Origin: Epiperipatus broadwayi
Lineage: Eukaryota; Animalia; Onychophora
Direction of reading: 5' to 3'
DNA: 64,000 nt
Assembly: GCA_028023455.1 (NCBI GenBank)
Contig: JAQFVV010000003.1
Coordinates: 7,254,001-7,318,000, forward strand
A model generated the notes under the pieces. The model was not told where the DNA came from. It did not search any database and worked only from the letters and a program-made list of their open reading frames with translations. Below, in pieces: positions 23,547 through 37,482 of this stretch. Every line of letters starts with the position of its first letter. Position 1 is the stretch's first letter. Both the position numbers and the translations under genes were made by a program.

Positions 23547-23908
23547 ACTACTACTAATAACAGCTTGTCTAAGTATAGGAAATGGTGATCATGTGACATT
23601 TTGTTGCCATCTTAATTTAGTTAGTTATAATCTTTTCTACATTTTATAATTCTTATCTTATATTGAAATATGTAAAGAGTTTCTCTCCTCTAACAAATTT
23701 TATAAGAATGCTTTCTATTTTTTGTTTATTATCTTATTTCTATCTTTGTTTTGTTTTCTTCTATTTGTTTCATGTATATTTTTTAATATCTTGCTACTAA
23801 AATCAATATTTAGCAGCAGCTATAACAGATGATATTGGTATCTGAATATAAGTCATTGCAACAGCAATAACATCATTTCAAAATTACATAACTTATATGC
23901 TTACTCAC

Positions 23909-24032
23909 GTTTTTCACTGTAATCTGAAACCACATATTCCAATCTTGAATAATCAATGAAAATCAAATGATATAATGTTATAATATTTTCACCTCTAGCC
24001 AAAGAACAAAATGGGCCTGTAGTTGAACAAAC
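23909..24032 (-). CDS. Candidate internal exon of an unidentified gene
   Basis: Strong donor GTGAGTAAG and CAG acceptors at 24033 or 24017. Open frame VCSTTGPFCSLARGENIITLYHLIFIDYSRLEYVVSDYSEK. Confidence 0.4.
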
Positions 24033-26859
24033 CTGGTTTTTAAAATATCCAAAAATTGTCTAAATGAGTTGGTTTGATTCTAGAATCTTAGGGGGTTTGT
24101 ATTTTATTTCAGGATATTAGTTTTGAATAGAATGAAGAAATCAAAAATGATTTTTAGATTTATAAATGCTATAATTCCAACTTTGAATCTTATTTCTCAT
24201 TAACAAAGGTAAAAGCCAAAAGTTGGTTTAGAGATAACACATCATTTGGGATTCAATGATTACTCAAGCTTACAATTGGTGTCTCTGTTAATAAACTGTT
24301 CTTGGAATCATTTAAAGCATATATAAATGAAAACATATATTAAAATATTTTTGCCTATCATAATTAATATTTATGAATAAGCAAAATGCTATTCATATGA
24401 CAATCAGACATTTATTTAATATAATGGCATCAAAAATAATACCATTTTATTTTTTGTCAAACTTCAAATTATATTTCTTTAAATATTATAAGCTTCTAAA
24501 TATCAAATAATAGCCATAGATTGAAAGTAATCAATTTATATTTATATACCAAAAGATAAATTTTAACACAATTTTCAAATTATTCTTATACTTCAAGCAT
24601 GTAAGATTATGCCCAAAATCATTCAATAATTAGAGGGTTACTTAAACTAAAAATTGGTAGAAATATGCACTGGTTTTAATAAGGATCAAGGAACCAAAGA
24701 TATTATCCATTGATAAAAAATAAATAAAAAGAAAATAATAGAAGAAAGTCAATATATGTATAATAGATACTAAATTAAGAAATGTTCACATATAGAAACT
24801 TTGTACCAGGATAAAGCCACAAATGACAGAAGCTATGATGAAGTAGATTGTTTTACATTGGAAAGAAGTTAGGATAAACCATAAATTGTTGTCCTATTTA
24901 TTAATCTTTTAGTCAGATTTAAAAAAAAAGCAAATATGAATTTATGATTGATAAAAAAAAAAAACGTCCACTATTAACATAATGAAAACACCCAACACAT
25001 AGTTGGAAATAAAATTAAAAAAAAGGCATAAAGAATAACACTAGAAAATTAAAGAATGCAATTAAATGATAAAATTATTCTAAATATGAAGCAGATAAAT
25101 ACTATAATCATCAACTACTCTTAAAATTCACATTAAACATTAAATTCATTGGCAGTTTTTATTCTTTTGAATAAAAGAAATCATTATGAGATTCATTGAG
25201 GCCTGACTCAAGCAGAATTGCAGTGAAAAGCTTTTAAAAATGAAGATTAGACGTATTCAAAGTAGGTTCTTTTTCTTGTTCTATATGGGTAAAAAAAGAA
25301 TTTTAAATGAGCAAAAATTTAAAAATGATAACAAAAATATTGATTTTTATAATTTTTATTACTGATAAGTTTTAAGAATGTAAAAAAAAAAATGACTGTA
25401 TTGAATCTATCTTTTTTAGATCATATTACAATTTAAAAAATAAATAATGCTCAGAAATTTTTGATTATAAATAAAAAGACGAGGACAAGTAGATAAAAGT
25501 GAATAAACTTTGAACCACTGAAAGTAACAATCATATGGTTGTTGAACAAAGATCACATGATGTTCAAACAGTCAGATGGCATTGCTGAGCATGATAATTT
25601 TAATGACTAAAGTGAGAAGTTATTCTTTAACTTTATTCATCTAAGAATCAATCCAGAAACTTTTAGAACATGAGTTAATCACTCTATCGGTGTGTTTTGA
25701 TTAAACTAAGATTTTTTTTTTAATTATACAACTGATAATTGATCAAGAAACCATTAATACTTAAGTAAATATTCTATTGTTATACATTGGAAAACCTGAA
25801 AAATCAAAGAGATGACACATCATTCTGGATATATGATCCCAAAAAGTTATTATATTAAGACATCTGAGAGTAAGAGTTTTGTAGTAGGTTTTGTATCTTT
25901 CTTATGCTTACATCATTATAATTCTTCGGGAATGTTTGAATAGCATTGTGATGGTGAACGTATTCACTTAACTGCTCTACTCATAATCTAAAGTTTAATA
26001 TACATGAACCATGAAATTTTTCAGGTCATAAAAAGCATTAAAAATTTTTCTTTCAAGTAGACAAAACTTGGCCAATCTGGCTATCTATCTATTGGTGGTA
26101 TTTAGCTAGAGTTAAATAGAGAGTAGGAGACGGGTTAATTTAGATTGAATTGATTAATTTTGATGCGCTTATTGTAAAAATAAAAAAAAATACGATTATA
26201 ATATGATGCTGCCTTCACTATTTATAAGACAGGAGAAGAGTGTCAAACTCCTACAAAGCACTAATTTTATTAATTTCATTTTCTTAGCAGAATGCTTTTA
26301 TAATTTCACTAATGTTTACTGATATTTTTGTAAACTAATTTTTTACTAGTAAAAGAAAAAAAGTATTTCATTCGATATAGAAAATTAATTACGTTGCACT
26401 GAATTTATGAAGTGTTGTCATTTAAATTATTCACTGATTTCGGTCAATTATGAAAATACAATAATTTTACACTTTCTCATCCCTCTATATAATTGTCAGA
26501 GGTGAAGAAGGAACTAAGTGGAGTCTTAAAAAGCTTTCAGAAAGCTTTAATTTAAAAGTAAACTTTTAATTTATTTCTTGTGCAAATATTTACTTTAAAA
26601 ATTGGATGAAAAATTTGAGAGAATAAATGATAAAGATTTTTAAATAGGAAAATAAAAACTAATTACAATTATGATAATAGAATTTTAGAGAGAACAATTA
26701 TGAGGAATAAATTTTCTAAAGTAATAAAAATTATATAAATTACTTTTTTTATTCATTATTTTTTTTTTTTTTTACTTTAAGATAATGAGTTTTATTTAAA
26801 AATTTTACTATATATATTTGTGGGTATGAAAAAAATGTCTTAATGAAGTATTTACTCAC

Positions 26860-26884
26860 AGCACGAAATTTCATTTTGAATTGT
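26860..26884 (-). CDS. Candidate 25-nt micro-exon
   Basis: ctaatttttttttag|acaattcaaaatgaaatttcgtgct|gtgagt has a branch point, T-tract, AG and a consensus donor. Confidence 0.35.
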
Positions 26885-26954
26885 CTAAAAAAAAATTAGG
26901 CAGTTGTTATATATACAAAAGAACGGCCTAATGGCATAACACTTAACGCATCCA

Positions 26955-26968
26955 GTTACCATGGCAAT
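26955..26968. promoter_or_regulatory. RFX X-box-like palindrome
   Basis: GTTACCATGGCAAT versus consensus GTYRCCATGGYAAC, one mismatch. Confidence 0.35.
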
Positions 26969-27272
26969 GGTCTATAATTAGAATTTTTCTTTCAAGTAAT
27001 TAGCATATTATTAATTTATTTATCTATCCAATTATTTATTATCAAATGAATATCTGACTTTTTATCTACAGAAAAATTCCTCTGGCTGGGCAATAGTCCA
27101 CTGCTAACAGATCTCTACAGCAGACAGTAAAAAAAAAAGTTTTAATCATTAGTCTAGTCAATTAAAGATTTTTCATGGTTTATATTTTCCTTTGTTATTT
27201 CACTCTTTAGACAAGAAACAATAAGATATCCATTTATTGAGCAATAAATGAATAGCCCGCTGTGTTGCTTAC

Positions 27273-27425
27273 AAACTTGAATTCATTTGAAATAATTTCC
27301 ATACTCAATCCAAATTTCAATCCCAGCTCATAAACGAGACATGTGGATGTATTAATCGCCATATGTACATATATCTGATAATATTGTCAACCACCATAAT
27401 CAGGGAGTTTCAAATCCAGCAGGAA
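27273..27425 (-). other. Candidate 153-nt exon (one in-frame TGA in the best frame)
   Basis: Acceptor ctaatgaaacttttctcttcag and donor gtaagc. Frame FLLDLKLPDYGG*QYYQIYVHMAINTSTC...NEFKF. Confidence 0.3.
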
Positions 27426-27509
27426 CTGAAGAGAAAAGTTTCATTAGTTAAAAGAATTCGCAGACAAACAAAAAAAAAAAATCAGGATTTTTATAAATTT
27501 CACTATGCA

Positions 27510-27527
27510 TTGATGATGATGATGATG

Positions 27528-27571
<44 letters not shown>
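27510..27571. repeat. (GAT)n(AAT)n microsatellite
   Basis: Direct reading. Confidence 0.95.
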
Positions 27572-27574
<3 letters not shown>

Positions 27575-28156
27575 GAAATACAAAGTCATGTAGTGTTTAA
27601 GCACCACACATGACAAGTTGCCCTTTAATCCAAGACTTTTAATTCTCCAAGTCTGTTACTCTACCATTACATTATACCACACAGAATCACAAAACACACA
27701 CCCACAAATCAGTTAAATAGAAGATTTTAAATTGTGAGAAACGGTAGTGATGGGTTGAATTCTGATCCAGTGAGATTCAACTCCCAAATCTGCCAATAAA
27801 CTAGAATAGCATAGCACATAATATTTAAAATTGATATCAGAAAAAAGTAAATGCTAGTAATTTGATAAATAGAAAATTCTGTTCAATCACTGAAAATTAT
27901 GAAGAATTATCAAACATAATAAAAAATATGGTTTGTAATCACTTATAGAAATGTGTAACTATTCCAGCTCTAAAAAAAAAAATGTAAAAAGATGTTTTTA
28001 ATCATGAGTTTTGTGATGACAATACAAACAATCCAACAAACAGAAATACAATAAAATTCATTATCTGATCCTCTAGTCAATATAACATCTTGCAACATTG
28101 TATTTTGACTTCTGCAGTAAACTTTTCTTTTTGAAACTTCAATAATGTAATCAGTA

Positions 28157-28258
28157 GTCTAACATTGGTGGGCGAGTAGTGAGCACAGCTGCCTTACAAT
28201 CAGTTGTCCTGGGTTCTCAGGTTGGCTTCCTGGCCGATGCTATGACACATAAAAAAAA
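28157..28258 (+). mobile_element. tRNA-Gly-like mini-SINE, copy 1
   Basis: cattggtgg...ggcttcctggccgatgc tatgacacat plus a poly(A) tail. 13-bp TSD aatgtaatcagta at 28144-28156 and 28259-28271. Confidence 0.85.
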
Positions 28259-28881
28259 AATGTAATCAGTAAATCTCTAATATTTTTTAGCTCCAGCCAT
28301 ATTCTGCTAATAGAAACAATCGATATTATATCTTTTTAAAGTCCCATGGAAGTAACTTTTTATAGAATAAATATGGTCTATTTCTCTTGAAAAAAATAAT
28401 GCTCATATTTTTTAAAGCCTATTCTGTTCATTCACTTCATATATTCAATCGATGATATGCCTTATGATATCACATCAGGAAAACTGAAGAACATGCTGTT
28501 TTTCTATATGATCTTTCTATCATGTCTCACTTCCATTGAATAAATATAAAATATTAATTATTTTAAAGAGCATATAAATAATTTTATAACTTATAAAACA
28601 TATAACTCTTAGAATATAAACCTATTTCAGAGAGCAAACAAGTCTGAATACATTATTAAGACAATTTATCATGCAAAATTCCCAAAGAATCATTTAAATA
28701 AACCTGTAAAAACACCCACATTCATCTGATAAAATATATTGGTATTAATATAATAAAAGCTGGGCATTATTTACAAATTCATGTAAATAATTTTTTGGGA
28801 ACCTTACTTGTAAATCATCTTAGTTATGTATATGGAATTATTTATTCTATAAAATAAGTTTAATAAATATGAAAGAATAAC

Positions 28882-29017
28882 TTAGTTATATATATGGTGA
28901 ACCAAAAGTAGGGTTTGTGTTTGTGTTCATTATAATTATGGTGTATATGTAATCTCAAAATAAATGTTATCATTTATTGCCCATCTACTTTTGGTTCATC
29001 CTTATATATATAACTAA
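28882..29017. mobile_element. ~135-bp MITE
   Basis: Perfect 14-bp inverted repeat tgaaccaaaagtag / ctacttttggttca, extended outward by ttagttatatata / tatatataactaa. Confidence 0.7.
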
Positions 29018-29798
29018 TTTAATTGTAATTATATCATATGTGTATCATTATAATATTTTTACCCATCTCTGGCTAATAATATTAATTACTAAACAAAGCA
29101 TTTAAAATGAGTTGCATTAAATTGACAGCAATAACATAAACATCATTATACTAGAAATCTGGAAACCAAAAAGATGAAGCTTTTGCTTTTGCTTTTAATT
29201 AATTCAAAGTAAAACTCCATCATTAATCCTATACTATTTATGATGCTTGCTTTATAAACCTTCTAAAAATTGTTTCAAAGACAACTATCATAAAAATAAT
29301 AAAACAACAAAGGAGCTAATACACACCCTTGTTGAACAGCAGATTTTATTTTAAAGACTTCAGGTTTTGTACCTCCAATAATAATTTTTTAATTTTTACA
29401 ATACAGAAAATTTTTGAAAATAGATAGCTAAATTTAACATTGAAATAAATCTTTTTAACTATAGGAGTCCATTAAATTAACCAAACTGATAAAAGCAATA
29501 TTCAAATAACTTTTTGTTCAAACACTATTCTTGCATTTATATGATACAAAAATCACAACTACAATGCTTTTTTATTCACTAAAACGACAATCAAACTTAG
29601 TCATTCAACCCCAAAATCAATAAAATCATTTTACTCTGCTGAATAATAATGATATTCCATAATAATTACTTTAGCCTATTTATCTCCTTTATTATTATAA
29701 ACTGGAATAACAATAAAAGCGATCTAAAGATCAGGTGGCAAAACTTGGTACATTCTTAATCCTTAGAAGATAACATCCCTATCTTGTTCTTTTAATTT

Positions 29799-29886
29799 TT
29801 TTTTTCATATGTCATAGCATCTACTGGGATGCGAACCCGTAACAGCCGTCTGCAGGCTGCGCTGACCTCTCCGCTAACAATGCTTG
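29799..29886 (-). mobile_element. tRNA-Gly-like mini-SINE, copy 2
   Basis: Minus strand caagcattgttagcgg...gggttcgcatcccagtagatgctatgacatatg(A)n. 17-bp TSD tcttgttcttttaattt at 29782-29798 and 29887-29903. Confidence 0.88.
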
Positions 29887-30220
29887 TCTTGTTCTTTTAA
29901 TTTATACAGTTATTCTATCAAGGCAAGCAGCTTTTTGAATAAATTATACAGAAATTTTAACAACATCAAGCTAGATAATTATTGCCATCCAAATTTAAAT
30001 AATAATTAAATGTTTGATTACTCATACGATCATGTGACATTCAGTCACCAGATATAATAGGTTGAGTTTTGGTCTATGAATCTTTAGCTATTGAATTTAT
30101 TGTTATCACTGCATTAAATAACACATAGCAATCTTACTGAGTCAGTAAAATGGACATATTATTAAAAGCAGTCATCTAAATCTTATTATTTAAAATGTAA
30201 TTAAACTACTCTTTCTATCT

Positions 30221-30326
30221 TTCATCAAGCTTTGGTTGTCGAGAGGTCAGCACAGCTATTTTACAAGCAGTTGTCCCGGGTTAGCGGCTTCGCTTCCTGA
30301 CCGATGCTATGACGCATGGAAAAAAA
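30221..30326 (+). mobile_element. tRNA-Gly-like mini-SINE, copy 3
   Basis: Same body and gatgctatgacgcatgg(A)n tail. Imperfect 18-bp TSD aaactactctttctatct / aaactattccttctatct. Confidence 0.82.
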
Positions 30327-30656
30327 AAACTATTCCTTCTATCTGTTTAAAACAATAATTGATTTCATAGGATTATGTTAGTTTTCATGGAAATTTGTTA
30401 TTTTCAATTTATAAAAAAATATCTAAAATGATCACAAGTGGTAAATGATTATATCTTCTTTGCAGTTAATCCATCAATCATTTAATCAGTTAATTATTGA
30501 ATTTCTGCTTTTGAATACCCATATTATTTACCATGCTCTATATCCATTTCATTCTGTCAAAAAGAAAATGTCACCATGTTTTTCAATCAAGTAATTATGT
30601 TGTAATAATCATCAGAAAATCACTCACTATTCTTTTTTCTGATGATCTCAAAAGTA

Positions 30657-30755
30657 GATTTTTTTTTCATACATCAAATGCATTCACATGAAAGTGAACC
30701 TGGGCCAGCTGATTGAAAGGCAGCTATGCTAACCATTAGGCCACCAATGCTTGAC
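30657..30755 (-). mobile_element. tRNA-Gly-like mini-SINE, copy 4
   Basis: Minus strand gtcaagcattggtggcctaatggttagcatagctgcctttcaatcagctggcccaggttca...tatg(A)n. Confidence 0.7.
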
Positions 30756-31385
30756 TGATTTACTCCTATCTATAACACATTTCTTAAAAAAATTCTATGC
30801 CTGCATGGTCTAGATAAAGTGATGGGCACTGAAAGGCAAATATCATGGATTTTGCAGTCCTCAAATTTCTTATGAATTAATAAACCAATCTATTATTTAT
30901 TAATTTATTTAAAGAATTCTAATTTAGTTTTTAACATCGGTCAAGTCATTTCTAAAACATAATCATTAAATTTTCTAGTAGAATATTAGGATAAGACATT
31001 TTTAAGGCAGCTAAAACTGCACTGTATACATTAAATTATTAGATATGGTATATACTGTGATATATTAATGTGTTGTGATTATATATTATAATGGTCATGG
31101 TGTCAGTGATGGGCTTATCGTATCTGCCATACAGGGTGCCACCAGGCTATTTGAACCTGGAAAAATCCAATTTTTATTTTATTGACAATCAGCCCTTGCC
31201 ACTAACTCATGGAGTAGCAGAGGTTTAAAACATATTTATTAAAATATATTTTTAATAAAGATTAAAAATAATAAACTAGATCACTGCCAATACTAAAAAC
31301 ACAAAAGATTTTGTTCACGTATATATAGGTGACAACACACAAACTTTGAAAAATAATTACTATAAAAAAATTATGGTTCATGCTT

Positions 31386-31393
31386 TTTTTGTT

Positions 31394-31445
<52 letters not shown>

Positions 31446-31536
31446 CTGCTGCTTCTGCTGCTGCTGCTGTTGTTGTTGTTGTTGTTGCTGCTGCTGTTGT
31501 TGTTGTTGTTATTGTTATTATTATTATTATTATTTA
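31386..31536. repeat. Compound (GTT)/(GCT)/(ATT) microsatellite
   Basis: Direct reading. Explains the poly-L, poly-V and poly-N ORFs. Confidence 0.95.
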
Positions 31537-33093
31537 TTTTAAATTTTAATTTTAGAATGTTGAGCATAGATAGGCCACCTAGACAACACATTTAAAAGAT
31601 TTTCAAAACATTTGACTCCAGGTTAAAAGTCCACAGCCACACCAATGCTCACTTCCTGATATATATCCACAACCAATGCAATGTGAACATGTTAGCATAA
31701 AACCACACTGACAGGAATGTGCATCTGACAGCATGATATCATTTGAAGAATATGACCTTCATCCAGTACAGGAATGTACATCTTTCTGGTGAAGGAATCA
31801 TGCCTGTAAAATAATAATCAAGAAAACACTACATATGGATGGGAGAGTGGTCTATCTTGCCGACTTATAGTCCCTATCCATAGAGCTGAAAAGGGGTCAA
31901 TGTTGTGGGAAGTACTCCACATCCATTTCAACACCATGACTACCTCTTTGGTGTCATGCATTCAGTTGGGCACATTGCCCAGTGTGCTAACACACTTCAC
32001 ATTACATTGATATAAACATCCATATATCTCTCCACCATCATTGACACAGCTATGGAACAAATAGTCTGAAATCAAAACCCTTTTAAACTAACATATACTT
32101 AAACAAGTCTAAGCAGCTATCTACACTCAACTTAAATTTAAGTCAATTTAATAATTTAATTCTTTAAAAAAAAATCTTTAGTTTAAGGTTTTTAACTTAT
32201 TTTAAAATGGCACATTGTATTCAACTTATTTTTTTTACCACAAATAATATATTTGACCTATTTTTAAAATCTAATAATGCACAAATAATGATACATGTTT
32301 GATTTTATCTTTAAATTAGTTTGCAATCGCAAACTCCTGCCTATTACAAACAGACCTTATACTAAGCATAAATGAAAAAAGTTATAACACATATTTTAAA
32401 AGATTACATTTAAACTTTACATAATACTTTTAAAATTGCAAGGTTTATAAAAAATAAAGTTCAGATTTGATTAAGAGAGAAAGTCTACAGTTCATATTTA
32501 AAGAAAAATAAAGTTCAGAGATTTTAAATTGAAGAATTTATATTTCATTTTTATCATTTATAATTTATACTTTCTTTTCTCCGTGCTCGTTCCTTCACGG
32601 CGAAGATCTGAGTTTATGCAAGGGCCATTTCTTGTGGATGATGACAATTCATGAAGATTTCTGATAATTTCTGAAGACGTTACTAGTGGTTCGATCCTGG
32701 GATCCATGGAGATGAAAGCTGCCTTCGGCCGGCCGAAACGAAGGAAGCACAATGAAACAGATTACATTTTTGGTAACGGTGACAATAACTTTTTAATTTT
32801 TTTTACTTTTCAGCAATGACAAATGAATTCAAAATTCTGATTTTCTAATTAATTATTTCTTTTGAATTCTTCCTTTTATAGTCCTGAAATGTCTTATCTA
32901 GGAATGTGTGGATCCATCAAACATATTCAGTAGATTTTCCTCTGTGGTCTGTATATATCTTGGGCAGGAAAAGCAAGCCTTTTGTTTCTATTTCTCAACT
33001 CTTATCTATTTTGTAATATTCTTTTTAATGGTCATTTTGCCCTAAGGATCTGTTTGTAATTTTATTTTTAAGATTAAAAGGTTTTTTATTATA

Positions 33094-33987
33094 CACCTGG
33101 GTCTCGTTTTATGCGGATTATTTTAATGCGATTTTGAAGTTATGCGATTCATATTTCTTCTTAATATCTTTCATATTTCACTATATTTATTAGATATCAA
33201 GAAATTTAAATTATTAATAACTTATTTTCATTTGAAACACTTTTTTTTCTTTCAAAAATATAATGTTATATTAGCAGCTAACGTGAATATGGCCTGAAGC
33301 TGTATTTAGAATATTAGCTTCTATGTAAATAACCTACTTATACTATTGAGTAAATAATAATAATAGATTTATATTTACATATAAAAATATCGCAATAAAT
33401 ATTCAAAAATTTTAAATTTTTAAAACATATTTTGTTAATTATAACAGAAATAAATAATTTTTTAGATTTTTAAAATAAACAATAATGAAGATTTTATTGA
33501 TTTTATAAACTGAAAATAATCTTTCTTATGATAATCTATAATCTTTTTGTTTTGATTACGATCTCATTTTTTAAATATAGAAACAAAAAACCATTAACAC
33601 AACTCAAGAATGAAAGTGATGCTAGTTGTAAGTCACAAGACGAATCTGATTTCTTAACATTTCACAAACGAACACATATTGTCAAATAGCCAAATAACCA
33701 CTAATGATTAAAATATGTATGAAAAAATATAAAATTAAATACTGTAGTTAATAAAAAAAGTTTGTCTTGTATTACTTTTTTTTTCAAATATTTGAAATTT
33801 TTTATTAGTCATACTTTATTTCCTTATTTTTTTAATGTGAATTTTAAAGTAATTTTTCCTTCTTGCTTTGCTTTTATGCGATTTCTGAAAATTACAATCC
33901 CTATCCCCATATTTCAAAGTAAGTTAAGTCTATTTTTGTGCGCATTTTCTGAGGAACCTATCTACCACATAAAATGAGACCCAGATG
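33094..33987. mobile_element. Non-autonomous pogo/Tigger-like (Tc1/mariner) element
   Basis: TIRs cacctgggtctcgttttatgcgg / ccacataaaatgagacccagatg with three transitions, TA on both flanks, and subterminal ttatgcgatt repeats. Confidence 0.8.
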
Positions 33988-34499
33988 TATTTATTTAAGA
34001 CAAAAAAAAATTTTTAAACTTATTTTATTTCAATATTTAAATGAAACTTATTAATAAATTAATAATTTCTTATTTGTGCATTTTGAAAGTCTGTGCTTTT
34101 AATTCAGTATTAGATATTTATAAAAAAAAAATTTAAGTACTAAAATTTAAATGTAACGTATATATATATATCCCATTACAATATGTATGGCATAATTTGT
34201 AATTTACAAAATTATAGATATGCCATTAACCACAACACATGTAGGTGTTTTTGAATGCAACCATTCATCACTCAGAATAATAACAGCTTTGAATGCATTC
34301 CTGGCCAAATGAAACATGTTCAATCAACAATTTGAGGAAGAAATATCCTATTATAGTGATATACTTATCAAAAATTCAGAAATAGTTTTTTTTTAAAAAA
34401 GAGTAATGTATATGTGAAAACATTAACATAAGTTTGCAATAAGATTAAATCCTGAAAAGAGTATCTGGAGAGAGAAGAAATGTTTTATGGCATAATATA

Positions 34500-36900
34500 T
34501 CAGGAAAAGGTAAACATTCTACTCCTAAAAATAGCATATAAATTAAGAAGCTTCCTTCTACAATTATTAAAAAATTCATGCTTTCCAAGCTTCTGAATTT
34601 TTACAGTTTTTACAAGGAAAAATTTTCACAGGGAAAAGCAATCACTGTGCTTATCTTTTCCACAAAAATCAGAGAAGGAAATGGGATACAACTCTAAAAA
34701 ATTCAATCCCTGCATTGCTAATTCACTTTAGAGGCAATCTAGAAAGAATGTTTAGTACCCTATATTTTCAAATATAGTGTAAGTGCAATGTTTTGTCACA
34801 CATGTTATGATAATTGTCCAATCACCTAAGTCCATCTATGATGTATTGGTATAACACTTTATTACCATACAATTTTGAAATAAAGTATTAAGAAGGAAGT
34901 TATATTCAGCATGTAAATTCTCTATTGAGAATACCAGATTAAAAAATTTGGACAAATGAACCTAAAATTAACTATTTAAACATGTTACACTCAAAGGGTT
35001 AAAGAGTGACAAACATGAAAAAACAAATATCAGATATTGATGAAATGAATTCACAAATAATGATAACCAATATAAAAACCAAAAATTTTGTTAATCTCAT
35101 TTTGGAATAAATAAAAACAATTCCTAATGGAAAGTTAGTACTACCACAGAGGGGAAAATAAATATTAGCATTAATACATTGGTAACATGTTGCCGTAGTT
35201 TATGAAAAGCCCTGTACCATGGAATAATCCATGAGTCCGGTTTTTCATAAATTATGGAGATAATAATTCATGAAGATATTGCCAAAACATAGTCAATCAA
35301 TGATACAAATAAACAAACTAGGAGAAAAAGGACATGAACTATACTATTCTGTTCAATAGCCATATCTTTTTAGTACTATCTGATGCTTAGTCTATAGAAG
35401 AATATTTATGTAAACAAATTAAAAGAAATATTTGTTCATCATGGATTATCTATAACAGACAATGATACTAAATTATATTCAGTAAGTTCAAAGTATTGAT
35501 GGAGAAAAGAGATATTAGATATAAAACACTTTCATAACATTATGAATTCAATGGACTTTCTGGAAAAGCAGTTCAACAACTAAAAATATAAAGTCTTAAA
35601 AACATTTAACTATGCTAACATACATGGAAATATTATAGTAAATAAAATCAAGTCATACATCATGTGGCATAACTTGATAAGCTTGTATTTTATAAAATAA
35701 AATAATGAACATGCTAATAGCTCTAACCAAGCTTTATCGATGAATGCCACAAAAGAAAGTATTTAAAAATCTCTAAGAAACATCCCTAAAACAATTTCAA
35801 GCTATTGGATTTTCTCAGTGAGATCTAGTGTCTGAAATATCCTAGTGCCTCACAGAGGAAAGCCAATATCTTGACACTAGTTTGGAGAGATGGGAATCTT
35901 TCTAGATAGAGATTTTTAAATGTTTTCTCTTACATTTATCAAAAAAGCTTGGTTAGATCTATTGGCATGCTCATTATTTTACGAAATAGTATCTATAATT
36001 GTATTATATTAAGATGCAACACAATTATAGCAACAAAGTGGTCAACAACCAAAATGCTAATAGTGAGGAATTTAATAGTAAATCTATCACTTTTATTTCT
36101 TGAGAAGAGTAATTCAAGAAGTCACTCTGAGAAAAAAAAAAGTGTGCAGAGATAATAATATTTGATTAGAAATAGATAAAAGAATAATTTCAGTGATAAT
36201 ATCTAATTAAATTGAAAAATTAAGACTGGAGATAACAGTGTTTTCTAAATACATGTAATTCATCTAAGGTATGTAAAAAAACTTTTTAATGGCTAAAAAT
36301 AAAACAGAAGGAATCTGTAATAATAACAAAATAAAAAAGACTCAAGAATAATACATAACTAGTGCTGAAGATTCTGACAAACAATTCAAAACCATTTCAT
36401 AGCTGAAAACCAACAAGGTAGTACATAAAATCAAGCTGATACAGTCAGAGAGAAAGTAAACCTTCATAGATAATAAGGAATAAAATCCCCAACTTTTGGA
36501 GTAACAAGAAATATACTATGTATACTTTAGATTATCAGACCCAAATACATATCCTGTAGTACACTGTTAACTTATACAGATATGTGTGTGTGATATTATT
36601 GTAATTTAAAAATTAATACTGTTTTAATGAACAAATCATGAATAAAGAGATGAGTTTTGTTTTGTTAATAAGTTAAAAGATAAGCTGTAGATCGTTTATC
36701 AAAAAACAAACTATATTAATTAATGAATCTAAAATTTCTTATTTTATTGGTTAGTCCAATAAACAAGCTTAAATATAGCCAAACATAATTCTAGATAGAA
36801 AGCTATAGGATAATACCAACAATAAATTTCAACGTATACAAGAGAAAAACAGTATAGATTGCATACCCGAATCTTATTTATATAAAGCTTTAAATAATTA
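34500..36900 (+). mobile_element. Very decayed non-LTR retrotransposon RT relic
   Basis: Frameshifted remnants: KAITVLI near 34630, KF.P...NSL.R near 34700, VP..NP/MSPVF..IMEII near 35210. Confidence 0.4.
35800..35930 (+). mobile_element. Old copy of the foldback/hammerhead-like family
   Basis: cctcacagaggaaagcc...gacactagtttggag...ctagatagagattt aligns with the reverse complement of the 44070-44170 core. Confidence 0.5.
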
Positions 36901-37482
36901 ATCGATAGTTAAATAATACTTTTATGTGTAATCTTACATATATGAATACTTCTGGTGATTTAATTGATAATTAACTAATATTTTTGAATGAATTTATATA
37001 TTTATATGTGAATGGGTATGTGTGTATACTTATTGATATTGGAATTCATTCTGATTTATATTAAAAATAAAGGTCTCATAAACTTGTCAATCATTTTTTG
37101 AATATGAGAAAGATTCTTAGCCTTTCAAATCTATGTGTATGTCAGCTTTACTTGGGAATTAAACTTTAATCACAATAGAGGTTGAACCGTCATATGTTGC
37201 ATGTGCATACTAATCTATAATCCATCCAACAATTTCTGGCCTTAATAAGTATTTTAATAATATTAACTTTTTTTATACATTCTCATTTTATCTTTCAAAA
37301 GAAAATTTTATTCACAAACCACAAGAACCATTTACAAAAGGAAGGACAATTACATATTGATCTCAAATGAGACCAGTCAACACAATCAGAGGTTACACTT
37401 GTATATATATAAACAAAAAAGCAATTAATTTCATGTCAATTACATTAAGACTTTATATTCTTTTCATCATCGGTACTACATT

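Noticed and set aside
26860-26874. MKFRA as the start of HUS1
   Set aside because: A five-residue match only; the downstream candidate exon does not resemble HUS1.
28157-30755. Functional tRNA genes
   Set aside because: Poly(A) tails, TSDs and broken stems indicate retroposed SINE copies.
32660-32750. CTGAAGA...ttcggccggccgaaac as a Penelope-type hammerhead
   Set aside because: The core halves are too far apart and there is no convincing stem I/III or NUH. Only a 14-bp palindrome in an unassigned CpG-rich patch remains.
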